From: Cladosporium halotolerans
Lineage: Eukaryota
Length of the DNA: 64,000 bases
Reading direction: 5' to 3'
Assembly (NCBI RefSeq): GCF_011745625.1
Contig: NW_027191455.1
Coordinates: 682,001-746,000, forward strand
In this document: positions 1 to 11,204 of the stretch, one piece after another
Numbering within the stretch: the stretch's first letter is position 1
Layout: each line of letters starts with the position of its first letter
The notes under the pieces: generated by a model
What the model saw: only the letters and a program-made list of their open reading frames with translations
The model's database searches: none
What the model was told of the DNA's origin: nothing
Position numbers and translations under genes: made by a program

Positions 1-66
1 GGCGCTGAAGCGACGCAACGTGCTCCGGCCTCCAGCCATGAGCGGCCTGCGAAGTCGTGCTTGCAT
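1..66 (-). CDS. Possible 5' end of a gene running off the window (MQARLRRPLMAGGRSTLRRFSA..., presequence-like)
   Basis: ATG at 66 opens a frame with no stop to base 1. The peptide is Arg-rich with no acidic residues. Only 22 codons are visible. Confidence 0.2.
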   Translation of the reverse strand, partial: MQARLRRPLMAGGRSTLRRFSA

Positions 67-865
67 CACGCCTCGAAGCTGGGCGTTACGTGCATGGCGT
101 GATAAGAAGGGTGGAAGTGCCGCCGAAAGGTCAGGCCGAGAGCTGCCCGTTCGAGGCTTGCTGGGCGCGACGCCACGACAAGCATTTGCGAAGGTGACCT
201 TTGCAGCGAGCCCGTGGCGAGCGAGGCGGAGGTAGAGTTTGCTTGGCCTCGAGACGGTTGAGGTGTGCGGTTGGAAAGGTAAGGTTTGTTCTGGGTGCTG
301 GTCGGCATTGGTAGAAGATTGGAAAGATAAGATTGCGGTAGATCTTGGCTTGCGTTGATGAGATAGTAGAGGAGAGATGGAATCGTGTCATGTGAATGTT
401 GAGTATTGGCTTGCATTATTAGAACTCTATCCGTCATCATCATCATCACCGCCAGTGAACGTCACTACCACTGTACTCTAGAAACACCACCAACAGTGCT
501 TTTCGCGCCGATTGTTACGTCGGCGAAAAACAATCCGAGGCCAGGAAAACGGGATGAGTATGTACAAACATCCAGCTCCCTCTGTGCCTGTCTCCGTCCG
601 TCCGTCAAGTCGTGCAGAGCCCTTTCAGGCTCCACCAACTGCTCGCCTGTCTGTCCATCCGGAGTATTAAGGATGTGACGTTTAGGCGGGCTGATGACTT
701 GCGGCTCTCATTCAGCATTCAACGCTCGTGAAGTGACGATAGTCAATCTCCAGCATGCCAAAGCAAAGCGTATGAACAAATCGCGTCTCGTCTCCTTTGT
801 ATGAACAAACGTCGTAGAAAACGTCAACCAAAGAAAGATAGAAAACGAAAAGTCGTCGTGCCCAT

Positions 866-3800
866 TTACACCTTCTCACCCGCGGGGTCGCTGCCGCTGC
901 CCGTGCTGGATTGGGTCATGTAGCGCTGGAAGACGCGGTCCTCGACGTCCTGCGAGTAGTCCTCCTTGCCCTTCTTGGCATCCAAGCGGCGGAAGACGAT
1001 GCGCTTGCACCACTTGTAGAACTCGGCGCCGAGGAAGAAGAGCAGCGCGACGACGAAGACGACGCCCCATTCCCTGTTGGAAGCGTTAGTGAGTGTTCAT
1101 TTGGAGGTTGAGGGGTGGGATGTGATTGTGGCTTACCATGAAATGTCGTGGTGCTTGAAGACGTAGTCGTTGATGACGGGGATGTAGATGAGCGGGAAGA
1201 TGGTGACGAAGCCGAACATGACGGCGCAGAAGAGGAAGCGGTTGGACCAGACGTCGATCGCCCACTGGGTGAAGTAGCGCTTGGAGTCCGGCTGCATTCT
1301 GAGGAAGGAGCGGCGCAGGTCGATGACCTCCCAGGCCAGGAAGAGCGACAGCCAGGTCATCGTGGCGAAGCAGGTGGCGCGCGCACGGAAGACGAGGTCG
1401 CAGGTGTCACGGGACTCGTTGCAGTTGGTGCCGATGAAGCCGTCGCCCCAGCCGAAGAGGATCAGGGCGAAGGAGGCGAGGCACAGCGCTGCGATCCAGA
1501 GGCCATAGACGAGCATGTCGGTCATGATCTCGAAGGAGAAGATACCGACCTTCATGTTCTGAGGAGGCCTGCTCATGACGTCCGCAGCCGCCTTCTCGAA
1601 ACCCAGACCCATATCGGGAATACCAGACGTGATCATAATAATCCACAGGATCTCGACAGGACTGAGCGGGAAGACGGAGACGTTGTCGGAATCCTTGAAT
1701 GCGAGACCAATGAGAAGAATCAAGGCCTGACCAACGTTCTGAGAGAGCAGATGGAGAACGAATTTCTGAATGTTGTCGAAAGTACGACGTCCTTCCTCGA
1801 CGGCGGCAAGAATAGAAGCAAAGTTGTCGTCCGTGAGGATAATATCAGACGCATCTTTAGCAACGTCGGATCCGGCTTGTCCCATGGCAATACCGACATC
1901 AGCGCGCTTCAAAGAAGGAGAGTCGTTGACACCATCGCCAGTCATAGCGACGAACTTGTCGCGGCGATGGAGGGCTTCGATCATGCGTACTTTAGTATTG
2001 GGCGCGCATCGAGCGATGACGAGCGGCAGGACGGGCAGCTTGTCGATTTGATCGTCGGTCAGGTCGTCGAACTGGGAGGCAGTCATGACCATCGAGTCGG
2101 CGACGTCCTTGCTGAGCATGTCCATCTTCGCAGGGAGAATGCCAACCTGGGCGGCGATAGCGCGGGCAGTTCCGGGGTGGTCGCCAGTAAGCATGTGGAC
2201 GGCAATACCGGCCTCGTGGCACTGGCGGACGGAGGGAGCAGACTCGGGGCGAGGCGGGTCATAGAGGCCGATGAGACCGCGGAAGCAGAGGTCGTTCTCA
2301 ATCACGTGGCGGTCGACTTCCTCGCCCTCCTTGTACGGCTCGTCGTAACGGCGGCTGGCAAGAGCGAGACAGCGGAGACCAAGCTTGGCGATGGCCTCCA
2401 TGTTCTCCAGGATCTGGGCGCGGAAGTCCTCAGTCATCTCAACAGGCTCGTCGCCGGACTTGGCGACGTAGGATGTGCAGGAGGCAATAATCCTCTCGAC
2501 TGCACCCTTGGTGAAGACGTGGAGCTCGTTGCTCTTGGCGTCGCGATAGAGGACGGACATCTTCTTGACGTCAGAGTCGAAGGGGAATTCGAGGACCATC
2601 TTCCAGGACGGGTTCTCGCCGCTGACAGAGCCACGGCGGTTCCAGTTGAAGCGGGAGGCGAAGACCATGATAGCAATTTCGGTAGGGTCACCACGAGCGT
2701 TCCACTGACCTTCGTCAGTCTGGTGGACATTCGCCAGGTTGGCCAGCGAAGCGACGCGGAGGTATTCCTGCAGGGCGGGTTCGCGAAGCAGTTCGTTGTA
2801 CGAAGACTCGGGATCCATATCCTTCTCACCCATGTTGCGCGGCTCGGTCGTACCGAAGTGAACCGCGCCCTGTGTCGGATTGAAGGGCTCCTTGGTCTCC
2901 CCGATCGTGTAGGTACCCGTTCCAGGGATCCAGGCCTTCTTTGTAACCATCTTTCCCTGCGTCAACGTTCCAGTCTTGTCGCTGCAGATGTCCGTCACGC
3001 CTCCGAGGGCCTCGAGAGACTTGAGGTTACGGACAATGACGTGGCGGTCGACCATGCGCTTAGTGCCGGCGGCCATGGTGATTGTCAGGACGACGACGAG
3101 GGAGGCGGGGATCATGGAGAGACCGGTGGCGACGGCGTAGATGATGACGTCCTGGCGGTCGCTGAAGTCGTTGGCGGCCAAACAGATGATGGCACAGATG
3201 ACGGCAATGAAGAATAGGAGCACTGCGAGACGGGAGAGCTTCTTCTGGAGAGGAGTGCCGACGTTGACGCCGAGGAAGGTGCCGATGAAGTCAGTGCAGG
3301 TGAGAATGATAGCTTGAAGCCAACGGTGAGCCTTGACGGTGCCATCGTCACGCTTCTTCGGCTCGCGAACCCTGCTGTCCTTCTTGCGAAGTGCGGCGGC
3401 GATGGTACCAATTTCGGTGAACATGCCAGTAGCAAAGACGATGCCGGTCGCGCGACCCTTGGTGACGGTCGAAGAGCTGTAGGCGACGTTGAGACGGTCA
3501 CCGGGACCGGTCTTCTCCTCGAAGATGTCGTCGGCGGCCTTGCGGACAGGCAGAGACTCGCCGGTGAGGAGAGCTTCATCAGTTTCGAAGTTGACGGCCT
3601 CGATAACGCGGACGTCGGCGGGGATGGTGTCACCGGTCTTCAATTCGACCAGATCACCGGGGACGATTTCTTGTGTAGAGACACTCTCAGCCTTGCCGTC
3701 ACGAACGGCAATGGCGGTTGGCGAAGACAACGAGCGCAGAGAATCCATGGTCTTCTCCGCTTGGAATTCCTGGGTGAAGCCAACGATGATGTTGATGGCG

Positions 3801-4123
3801 ATGACACCTGCGACAACACCACCCTCGATCCACGAGCGGATGCCGAATGAGACAGCCATGGCCATAATCAGCACGAGCGTCATCGCATTGGCGACCTGGC
3901 GGAGCAGGATCTTGCCTGGGTTGACACCGCCAGTCTCGCCGAGTTCGTTGCGGCCATACTCCTCCAGCCGAGTCTTTGCTTCGGCGGACGAGAGACCGTC
4001 TTCGGGGTCGGCCTTGAGCTCTTCAACGACTTGTGTCCACTTCAGCGAGTGGGCCGGCTGGGACATGGGCTTGTTGGATTGTCCGGAGACATGGTTGTCC
4101 AATGGGTTTTCCTGGCCTCCCAT
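866..4123 (-). CDS. ENA1: ENA-type (P2D) Na+/K+-exporting P-type ATPase; exons 4123-1137 and 1073-866
   Basis: Motifs DKTGTLT (phosphorylation site), TGES, KGAVE, MLTGD and TGDGVNDSPSLK. The TM4 motif MIPASL is typical of ENA pumps. Intron 1136-1074 (GTAAGC...CTAAC...CAG) restores ISW-EWGVVF...PAGEKV*. Confidence 0.95.
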
Positions 4124-4400
4124 GGTGGCGGTAGGCGCCGTGTTTACGGTGGGGCGATAGGGCTGACAATGCGGCGGCGATCCGGGGCGAGGCGCGCTTT
4201 GTTAGCGAGCGGAGGCGGATGTCAATGGATTGGACAGGCGGGTAAGTGAAAGAGATGTGCCCGTGAGTTACGGCTTGGGCCAAACAAGACTTCTGCACAG
4301 GAACGGGTGCCCGAATCATCTTTATACTTGCACCTGACACCACGCTCCACCCGGCCCAAGAGATACATTCTTGGAAGGCTCGCGCGCCGAGAGGTTGATG

Positions 4401-5044
4401 CTTGGCGGAGCGCAAAGCTAGGACGTGGGCACTTATCGAGCGTTCGCGTGCAGCGTCGCCCACGTCATCGCAACCCTACCCGCGGCGGGAGGCACCTTAT
4501 GCTTTCGGCTGGCCGAGCCTTGCGCGGCGGGAGTGAGGCGTGTCTGGGGCCGGGGCCTCAGGCAGGCCGGCGGGTGAGACAGCTCATCAGCTCGTTGTTT
4601 ACCTTGTTATTTGCAGGGCGGCGGACGTTGGGCGGTGGGCTCGATATGAGCGCCGCGTCAGGCACCAGGCACACTCACACACACGCACGCACAAGCACCG
4701 GCGCGCACGGGTGCACTGCAGGTCGTCTTGACCGGCGGGGTTGCGCCGTGACGATGCGCGTGCGTGTCGTGTCGGCGCGGAGAGCTGCGGGGAGGGCGCG
4801 GCGATAATGGCGGGCGGGGGGCGGACGAGCGCCAAGGGCGGAGCGGATGAGAGGCCTCGCGCGACGGCGGAAGGCACGTGGCCAAGAGGGCGCGCGCGCC
4901 GAGTTGCCACCACTGCGGCTGGCATTGGGCGTGCGCCTGGCCGCCCAGCCAGCCAGAAGCTTGGCCTGAGGCGAGAAGGAAGGGTAGCGCGACGAGAGCT
5001 CGCCGGCCAGCCGAGCAGCCGGCGCGCTAACACCGCCCGCCAAG
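4401..5044. promoter_or_regulatory. Cluster of PacC/Rim101-type GCCARG sites in the ENA/glutaredoxin divergent promoter
   Basis: GCCARG on either strand at 4401, 4831, 4881, 4936, 4960 and 5039. ENA genes are established alkaline-pH/PacC targets. Confidence 0.55.
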
Positions 5045-5422
5045 CCGACGATAAGGTCGGGACTGCCTGACTGCGCGCATGCGGCGTGTCGTTGGCCGCG
5101 GTGGCGTTGCGCTGAGGATGGGTGGGATGCCTTGCCTGAAGGTAGATACATGTAGCTAATCTCAGGTGCTGGATGGCTGAGGTGTCTGCGCCTTGCGAGG
5201 CAGATCACGTGATGCTCGCTGCCATGGCGTCATTCGAACGCGGCGGATCGATTCTGTAAGCAGGCACGCAAGGCCACCCGAGGCCGACACTACCTTACTA
5301 CTATTGCAATTGTCGCCCCTCGCTGCACCACTTCCTCCCGCACACCCACCACCCCGTCGCCCACCATTAACTTCCTACGCTCCATCTTCACCGGCGCGCG
5401 TCCAGCCAGTCCGAACACCATC

Positions 5423-5851
5423 ATGGCCGCCAAAACCAAAGCCCAGGACATCATCGACAACAACGCCGTTGGTGAGTGGGGACAGCTCTTCTCGGCAGTC
5501 TTGTCGCATCGCTGACCGTTCATCCTGCGCAGCCGTCTTCTCCAAGTCCTACTGCCCGTACTGCAAGGCCACCAAGAGTCTGCTCAGCGAGGCCGGCGCA
5601 AAGCCCTACATCCTCGAGCTCGACCAGATCGGTAGGTTTCCGGCGCATTCCGTGCATATTCACCGGGCCACCACTGACAATCACCGCCCGCAGACGACGG
5701 CGCCGCCATCCAGGATGCCCTCGAGGAGATGACCAAGCAGCGTTCCGTTCCCAACATCTTCATCGGCCAGAAGCACATCGGCGGCAACTCTGAGCTCCAG
5801 GGCAAGAAGGGCCAGCTTTCGCAGCTGCTCAAGGACGCCAAGGCCATCTAG
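5423..5851 (+). CDS. GRX1: Dithiol glutaredoxin; exons 5423-5471, 5533-5631, 5694-5851 (possible non-AUG extension from 5366)
   Basis: Spliced product MAAKTKAQDIIDNNAVAVFSKSYCPYCKATK...QRSVPNIFIGQKHIGGNSEL with a CPYC active site. Two canonical GT-AG introns with CTGAC branch sites. Confidence 0.93.
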
Positions 5852-7484
5852 ATTATCAGATAATAGAATACGGAATATGTGGGGATAAAAAAGAATTCCG
5901 GAACACCAACTGCATTATTCGGTTCATCACAGTGGCACTGCCCGCATTGTTGGACGAATCCTCCAGCAGCAGCCATCCGCTTCAGCGCTTCGATAGACTT
6001 GTGCACCGCCATCTTCTCCGAATCCTCCCTCTTCTCCTCATCGCTCCTTTGTGCGATATAGATGAAAACTCACTTGAGCGTATACGTCATGTTGTAGTCC
6101 CACTCTTAGTCAGACCGGTGTCGATAATCAGCGCGGCGTTCTGCTGCCATAAATCGACCGCTCGCATAGTACAGACAGGGGTATCACAGTAGCAGCATCA
6201 AAATTTCTGGGCTCTCATCATCGACCAGGGTCCCGGTCCAGATGTATAGCGGCTGCATACGCACCTTGGTCGGATCGGATAGTAATTGTCCCAGAGGGTG
6301 ATGTGCGCAGGCTGCCCGTGCACCTCAACGAAGCACGCCATCTCGTCCGACTTCTCGTCCTCGAAAACGTCGGTCTTGCGAACTACTAACTAACTATGGG
6401 CGCGAAGTCCTCGGCAGCGCCGTATCTTCCTCCACAGGCCCCTCCAGATCTTGGCGGGCGGAAAGTCAGTTTCGCAAAGGGCTGATGACACGGCAATTCG
6501 GGGCCATGCGACACGCTTCGCCAGCCAGACGCGGAAACGAAAGCTGGCAGGCACAATAATGCGCACGCACCTACATGATATTCAAGCGAGTGCACCAGCT
6601 CAGCACCCGCCAGGCATCATCCGTGATCGATCAATTTCCGGCCGACGCGCAGCTGCGCTTTTGCTTTTTTTTTTTCCCTTGCTCGCTTGCTTCTTTCCCG
6701 CCGATCGAGAGCTTTGCTCGCACGACAAGGCCCGCAGCTTGTCCCAGCACCCCAGCACAGCTCGCAGAACCCCAAGCACCTAAACAGCTGGGCGGGCCTC
6801 TTGGGCCGACGGCCGACCCCACCTTCGCCTTGCTTGCCCACTCCAAGACCCTAGAGTCTTCCGTGCGTCTTGATCTTGGGGTTGCCCGGGGGGCGTCTCG
6901 TGTCTGGAGAAGCATGCACGGAAGGGAGTGGGGCGACTGATGTGGGCTCGAGCGGTGATGCGGCGCCGAGAGGTCTTGATTTCTTGGAGTGCCTGACTTG
7001 GGTGGTTATCCACGTGCCCACCCAAGCGGTGGTCTCGAGATGTGCAGGTGTGCGGTAAGTGTTGCTGGAGCGTGTTGAAACTCAATGCTATCTGATACGA
7101 GCAGGTAAGGCATGGTTTGCAGAACAGAGTTTCGTCAGGCGCGGATGCCAGAACAACGGTCTGGCACTCATTTCCATTACTCTGCATCTCTCGTTCTCCC
7201 AAGATATCACAGCTCACCACTACAGCGACAATGTCATTTATAAGTCCCCCAGCACCAGACCCAACTTCGGACCTCAACGCCCGCACGCATCCACATCCCC
7301 CTCGCGGCGAAAACCACCCCAAAGTGCTCTCCGACCACAGAACAAGACAAGACCGGTCGTTAGCCCACCACAACCAATACCAAGAACCGCCCCCCAAACC
7401 CCCGCCAGGCACGACCGCCGCCGCCGAGCGCCGCCGCCCCATGATCCCCACCCAGATCCCGAGCCATCTCGGGAACCTCGCGTT

Positions 7485-8037
7485 TCAGCAAACCGGCAGG
7501 CTGAACGAACTGCTCCTCCCCGAGCAGAAATTCTTGTCGTAGCAACTTGAAGAAACACCCGGTCAGCCAAAAAAAAAAAAACGCTCCCGCACGCACTGCC
7601 CAATCCTCGCGGCCGCGAAGTCCAAACGGGTCCACTTACTGCCCAAGCCGTTTCGAGCACGTGTAGTAGTCGACGCATATCTTCGCCGGCGTGCACTCTC
7701 CCGCCCCGCTGCCCGAGGAGGACGCCGGCGGCTCGGGCGCGGGCGTGATGAGCGTTTCGGGCGCGGGCGCGCTGGTGCTCGCTACGAGGGTGAAAGTGAC
7801 GAAGGACTCTGTCGATTGCTCTGCCGCCGGCGACTCCGAGCTCACCTCGCTGGTGCCGGCGACGGCTGTTGTGCCGTTGCTGAACGGGCCCGGGGCGCCG
7901 GTCGCCGCCGGCTGCGATTCCAGCGCCGTGGCGCCTGGCAGCAAGGCGGGGCGGACGAAGCGCGGGCTGGCGGCGCAGAGGCCCGCGAGGCAGGCGAGCG
8001 CTATCGCGAGCGAGGCGAGCGGTCGTGTCGAGCGCAT
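7485..8037 (-). CDS. Small secreted protein with a Ser/Thr/Pro-rich linker and a C-terminal 6-Cys module; exons 8037-7640 and 7545-7485
   Basis: Hydrophobic signal peptide (MRSTRPLASLAIALACLAGLCAA). Intron 7639-7546 (GTAAGT...GCTGAC...AAG) gives CTPAKICVDYYTCSKRLGHCYDKNFCSGRSSSFSLPVC*. Confidence 0.7.
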
Positions 8038-8899
8038 GGTTTACCGGGTTTCTGGCGTGGCGAGGAAAGAGATAGAGAGCTCCGGGAGTCTGGCAAAAAG
8101 ACGCGACGGCAGGCCCGGGGTGTCGATTGGCTCAAGTAGGCCCTCTCCGTGGTGCCGGGCGGAATTGATCTGCGGCGCGAGGTGGTTCGAAGGCGGAAAC
8201 TGATCGTCTCTATATCCCCGTCCTCGCAACCCTCCCTGAGCGGCGGCGTCATCGCTCGCCAGCTCGCGTCGCTCATCGCGGCATTGACGGCCGACACCCA
8301 CCGCTGATGGCAGTAGCACAGGCAGATCGATGGGGAGGGAAAGCCGTCGGAATGCTGCTCGGCGGGCAGCTGGCATGCGGCGCAGGGCTCGGCGGGCGGT
8401 CAACACGACGTTGGAGGGGGGCCAAATTTGGCAGCACGCAGCGTGAGAGAAGATTGCTTACACGACTGCTGAGACAGGTCGGTCAGCTTCGGATACGACG
8501 CTGGGGGGGTACGAGGGGAAATTGACACTTTCGCGTGGAAGCCGTCGGAAGCGGTCCGAGACCTGACCTTCTGAGGGGGTTTTGTTGAGCGCGTGGTTGT
8601 TTGCCTGGTTTGCCTGGGACAGACAGACATTAAATATTAGAGGGAATCAGGCTGCGCGGTGCTCGATCTGGTGGATCGATCGATCGATTGCAGACGTTCG
8701 ACCGTTCTTCGGTCTGGTAGCGAATGGAAAGATGCAAAGAACATTCGAGTGCGTTAAGCGACAAACGGTTCCCTGCGATGCTTCCAATATTGGAGCTGCC
8801 TGGAGATGAACGGTTGCCTCAATTGCCGCATCGCAGCCCCTAAAGATTCCATGCAGGGCAAGCCCGACACGTTGACTCGGTATGAGGCAAACTTCAAGC

Positions 8900-10446
8900 T
8901 TATGATGGCTGCGTCTCTTGGAATTCTCGCTTGATGTCTGCGAGCAAAGATGCATTGGTGAGGACTTCGACGGCGGTGGCCGCCAGAGCTTTGCCGACTC
9001 GCATCGCTCGGTCGTGTCTGGTTTAAAAAGATGCCATCGTCAGCTTGGTCATACAGTACACCATTTGGTGGGAACATACGACTCCTCACTCCTCGCCGCC
9101 TTTTCAAAATCAGGCGTATGCGGCCCGCCCAACTGCGACCCCTCCTCATCCTCACTACGGATCCAAAAGTTGCCGTGCAAGCTCGGTAGCACATGGCTCA
9201 CGTTGCCCTGATCCGTACTGGCCTGTGTAACCGCCGTATACCCAGCGGGAATCTCCCCGCCCAGCTCGTTGAAACAGCGCTCGTAGACCCCGCCGAGCGC
9301 GCGGTTGGGCACGTGGTTTAGATACGAGTACTTCGATGGCGTGATCTCCAGCCTGGCGCCCGTGGCGGTGGCGCCGGCCTCGAGACATCGCACGACCCTT
9401 GCTTTGAGGGCGTCGAGGCGGGCTCTGCTCGCGGAGCGCACGACGAACTGCCCGCTGCTGTAGGCGTGGATTATGTTGGGGCGCAGGCCGCCGTTCGTGA
9501 TCTGGCATTGGATTATGTCGCCTGGTTGGGTTTGTTGCCGTAGCACCGAGATCGAGTTGTAGGCTGTGATCAGGGCGTCGAGGGCGTTGATCTGGTCGAT
9601 GGATTAGCGGTGGGCTTCTTGGACTGAGCATGTTTTGTAAATATCGGTTGCCTCACTCCTTCCCACGGCCGGGCCGCGGCGTGTGCTTCTTTGCCGAAAT
9701 ATTCCACTTTCATCCCCGCGTAAGCTGCCGTCTTCACGAGTGCCGCGTCTGGTGTAACGCCGGGATGGGCCATGAGTGAAACGTCGACCCGGTGATCCCG
9801 ATATGCTCCAGCGTCGAGCAGACGGATCTTGCCTCCGCCGCCCTCTAGGACACGTGAAGTCAGCTTGATGAAAGACGTCTCCAACGCATCATCTCTGCCC
9901 ATCTCTTCGAAAAACTAACCTTCAGCCGGCGTCCCAAACAACACAACCCTCCCCCCCAAACCCCTCACCCTCACAACCTCCGCCGCCGCCAACGCAGCCG
10001 CCACCGACGAAACAGCGATCAAATTATGCCCACAAGCATGCCCGATCCCGCTCAGCGCATCTGAAACCCACAAAAATCAGCCCCTAACCCATCAAATTCC
10101 CCCAAAGCAAAGCAACACTCAAGCAAAACATACCGTACTCTGCATTAAACCCCACCACCGGCCCCTCGCCCTCCCCCTCGAACACAGCAACGAACGCCGT
10201 CGCGATCCCGTACGCCGAGCGCGTCACGCGCCACTCCTGGCTGCGCTGCTTCTCGAGGAAGCTGGTGAGGACTTCGTGCGCGTGAAATTCTTTGTATCGG
10301 AGTTCGGGGTTGGAGTGGATCGAGAGGCTGAGGTTGCGGAGCTGGGGGGTGAGCGAGGAGATGTGCGCGGAGATGAGGCTGAGGTAGTGGTCGCTGAGGG
10401 GTTCTGGGTCGGAGCCGGCGGTGGAGCTGGGTTGGAGGTTGAGCAT
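8900..10446 (-). CDS. Peptidase M20D / amidohydrolase (PM20D2/ACY1L2-like); 5 exons (introns 10133-10061, 9919-9845, 9656-9592, 9079-9018)
   Basis: Motifs HSNPEL, AEYDAL.GIGHACGHNLIA, GTPAEEGGGGK, GKEAHAAARPWEGINALDA, ASTDQGNVSH and PHT. All splice phases are consistent. Confidence 0.9.
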
Positions 10447-11204
10447 TGTGGTGTTGATGAGTTAGGTAGAGGAGATGGGTTGGTCGAATGGGATGAGACG
10501 TTTGGCTCAGTGGCGGGGTATGCTGTTAGTTAATGATGGTTATTATGAGACCATTTGATTCATTCAGATGCTTTTTTGCTGTTTCTATCGGTGTATAGGT
10601 TGATGGTTTCCAAGTGATGCCGGCAAATGCGGTCGTGTGCTGGTGACCACGTCGGTTGGGCGTCAGCGGGGTTCGTCTTCGCTTGAGCGTCAAGTCGCCC
10701 ATGCCACGGCTCGACACAGGTGGACCGGAAAAAATAGGCATAGCAAAAGGCGCAAACCATTCAAGAATCGACCAGAGTCTATGAATGACACTGGGAGCGC
10801 TCGCTAGCAAGTAGAACCTCACTAGCCGAGAAGTCGCTTACCCCAACCCTAACCCTGGCAACCCCAGTATATGTCCTGCGAATGATGAGACCTATGACGA
10901 CTGGTGGAACGAATGTGAGAGATGGTGTGAAACTATCAAATCAGATTTTGTGGCAGGAGCCTGCTGTTGAATCATCGGCATCCTGCTAGTTTCATTGTGC
11001 GTTGAGGTTGTTGCTGATCTACTTCTAGCATCTTCCCTCACACTTCAAAATGCCTCCCTGTAACCATCGCTTTTGCATCGTTCTGGCACCCAGGCTCGTC
11101 CTGAGATTCCCATGGCAATTTCATGACTGTGTTGTCATGCCATGTCCCAAACCACCCATCGTAGATGAAAATCGTAAATTGCTTTTAGATCCCTTCTAAA
11201 GCAT

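Noticed and set aside
1148..3217. 689-aa plus-strand ORF antisense to ENA (similar antisense ORFs overlap the FAD oxidase, noxR, uricase, UTP5 and BDF1)
   Set aside because: These are shadow ORFs produced by strong GC3 codon bias on the real strand. They have no recognisable domains.
10841..10867. Telomere-like CCCTAACCCT
   Set aside because: Fewer than two full units, which is expected by chance.
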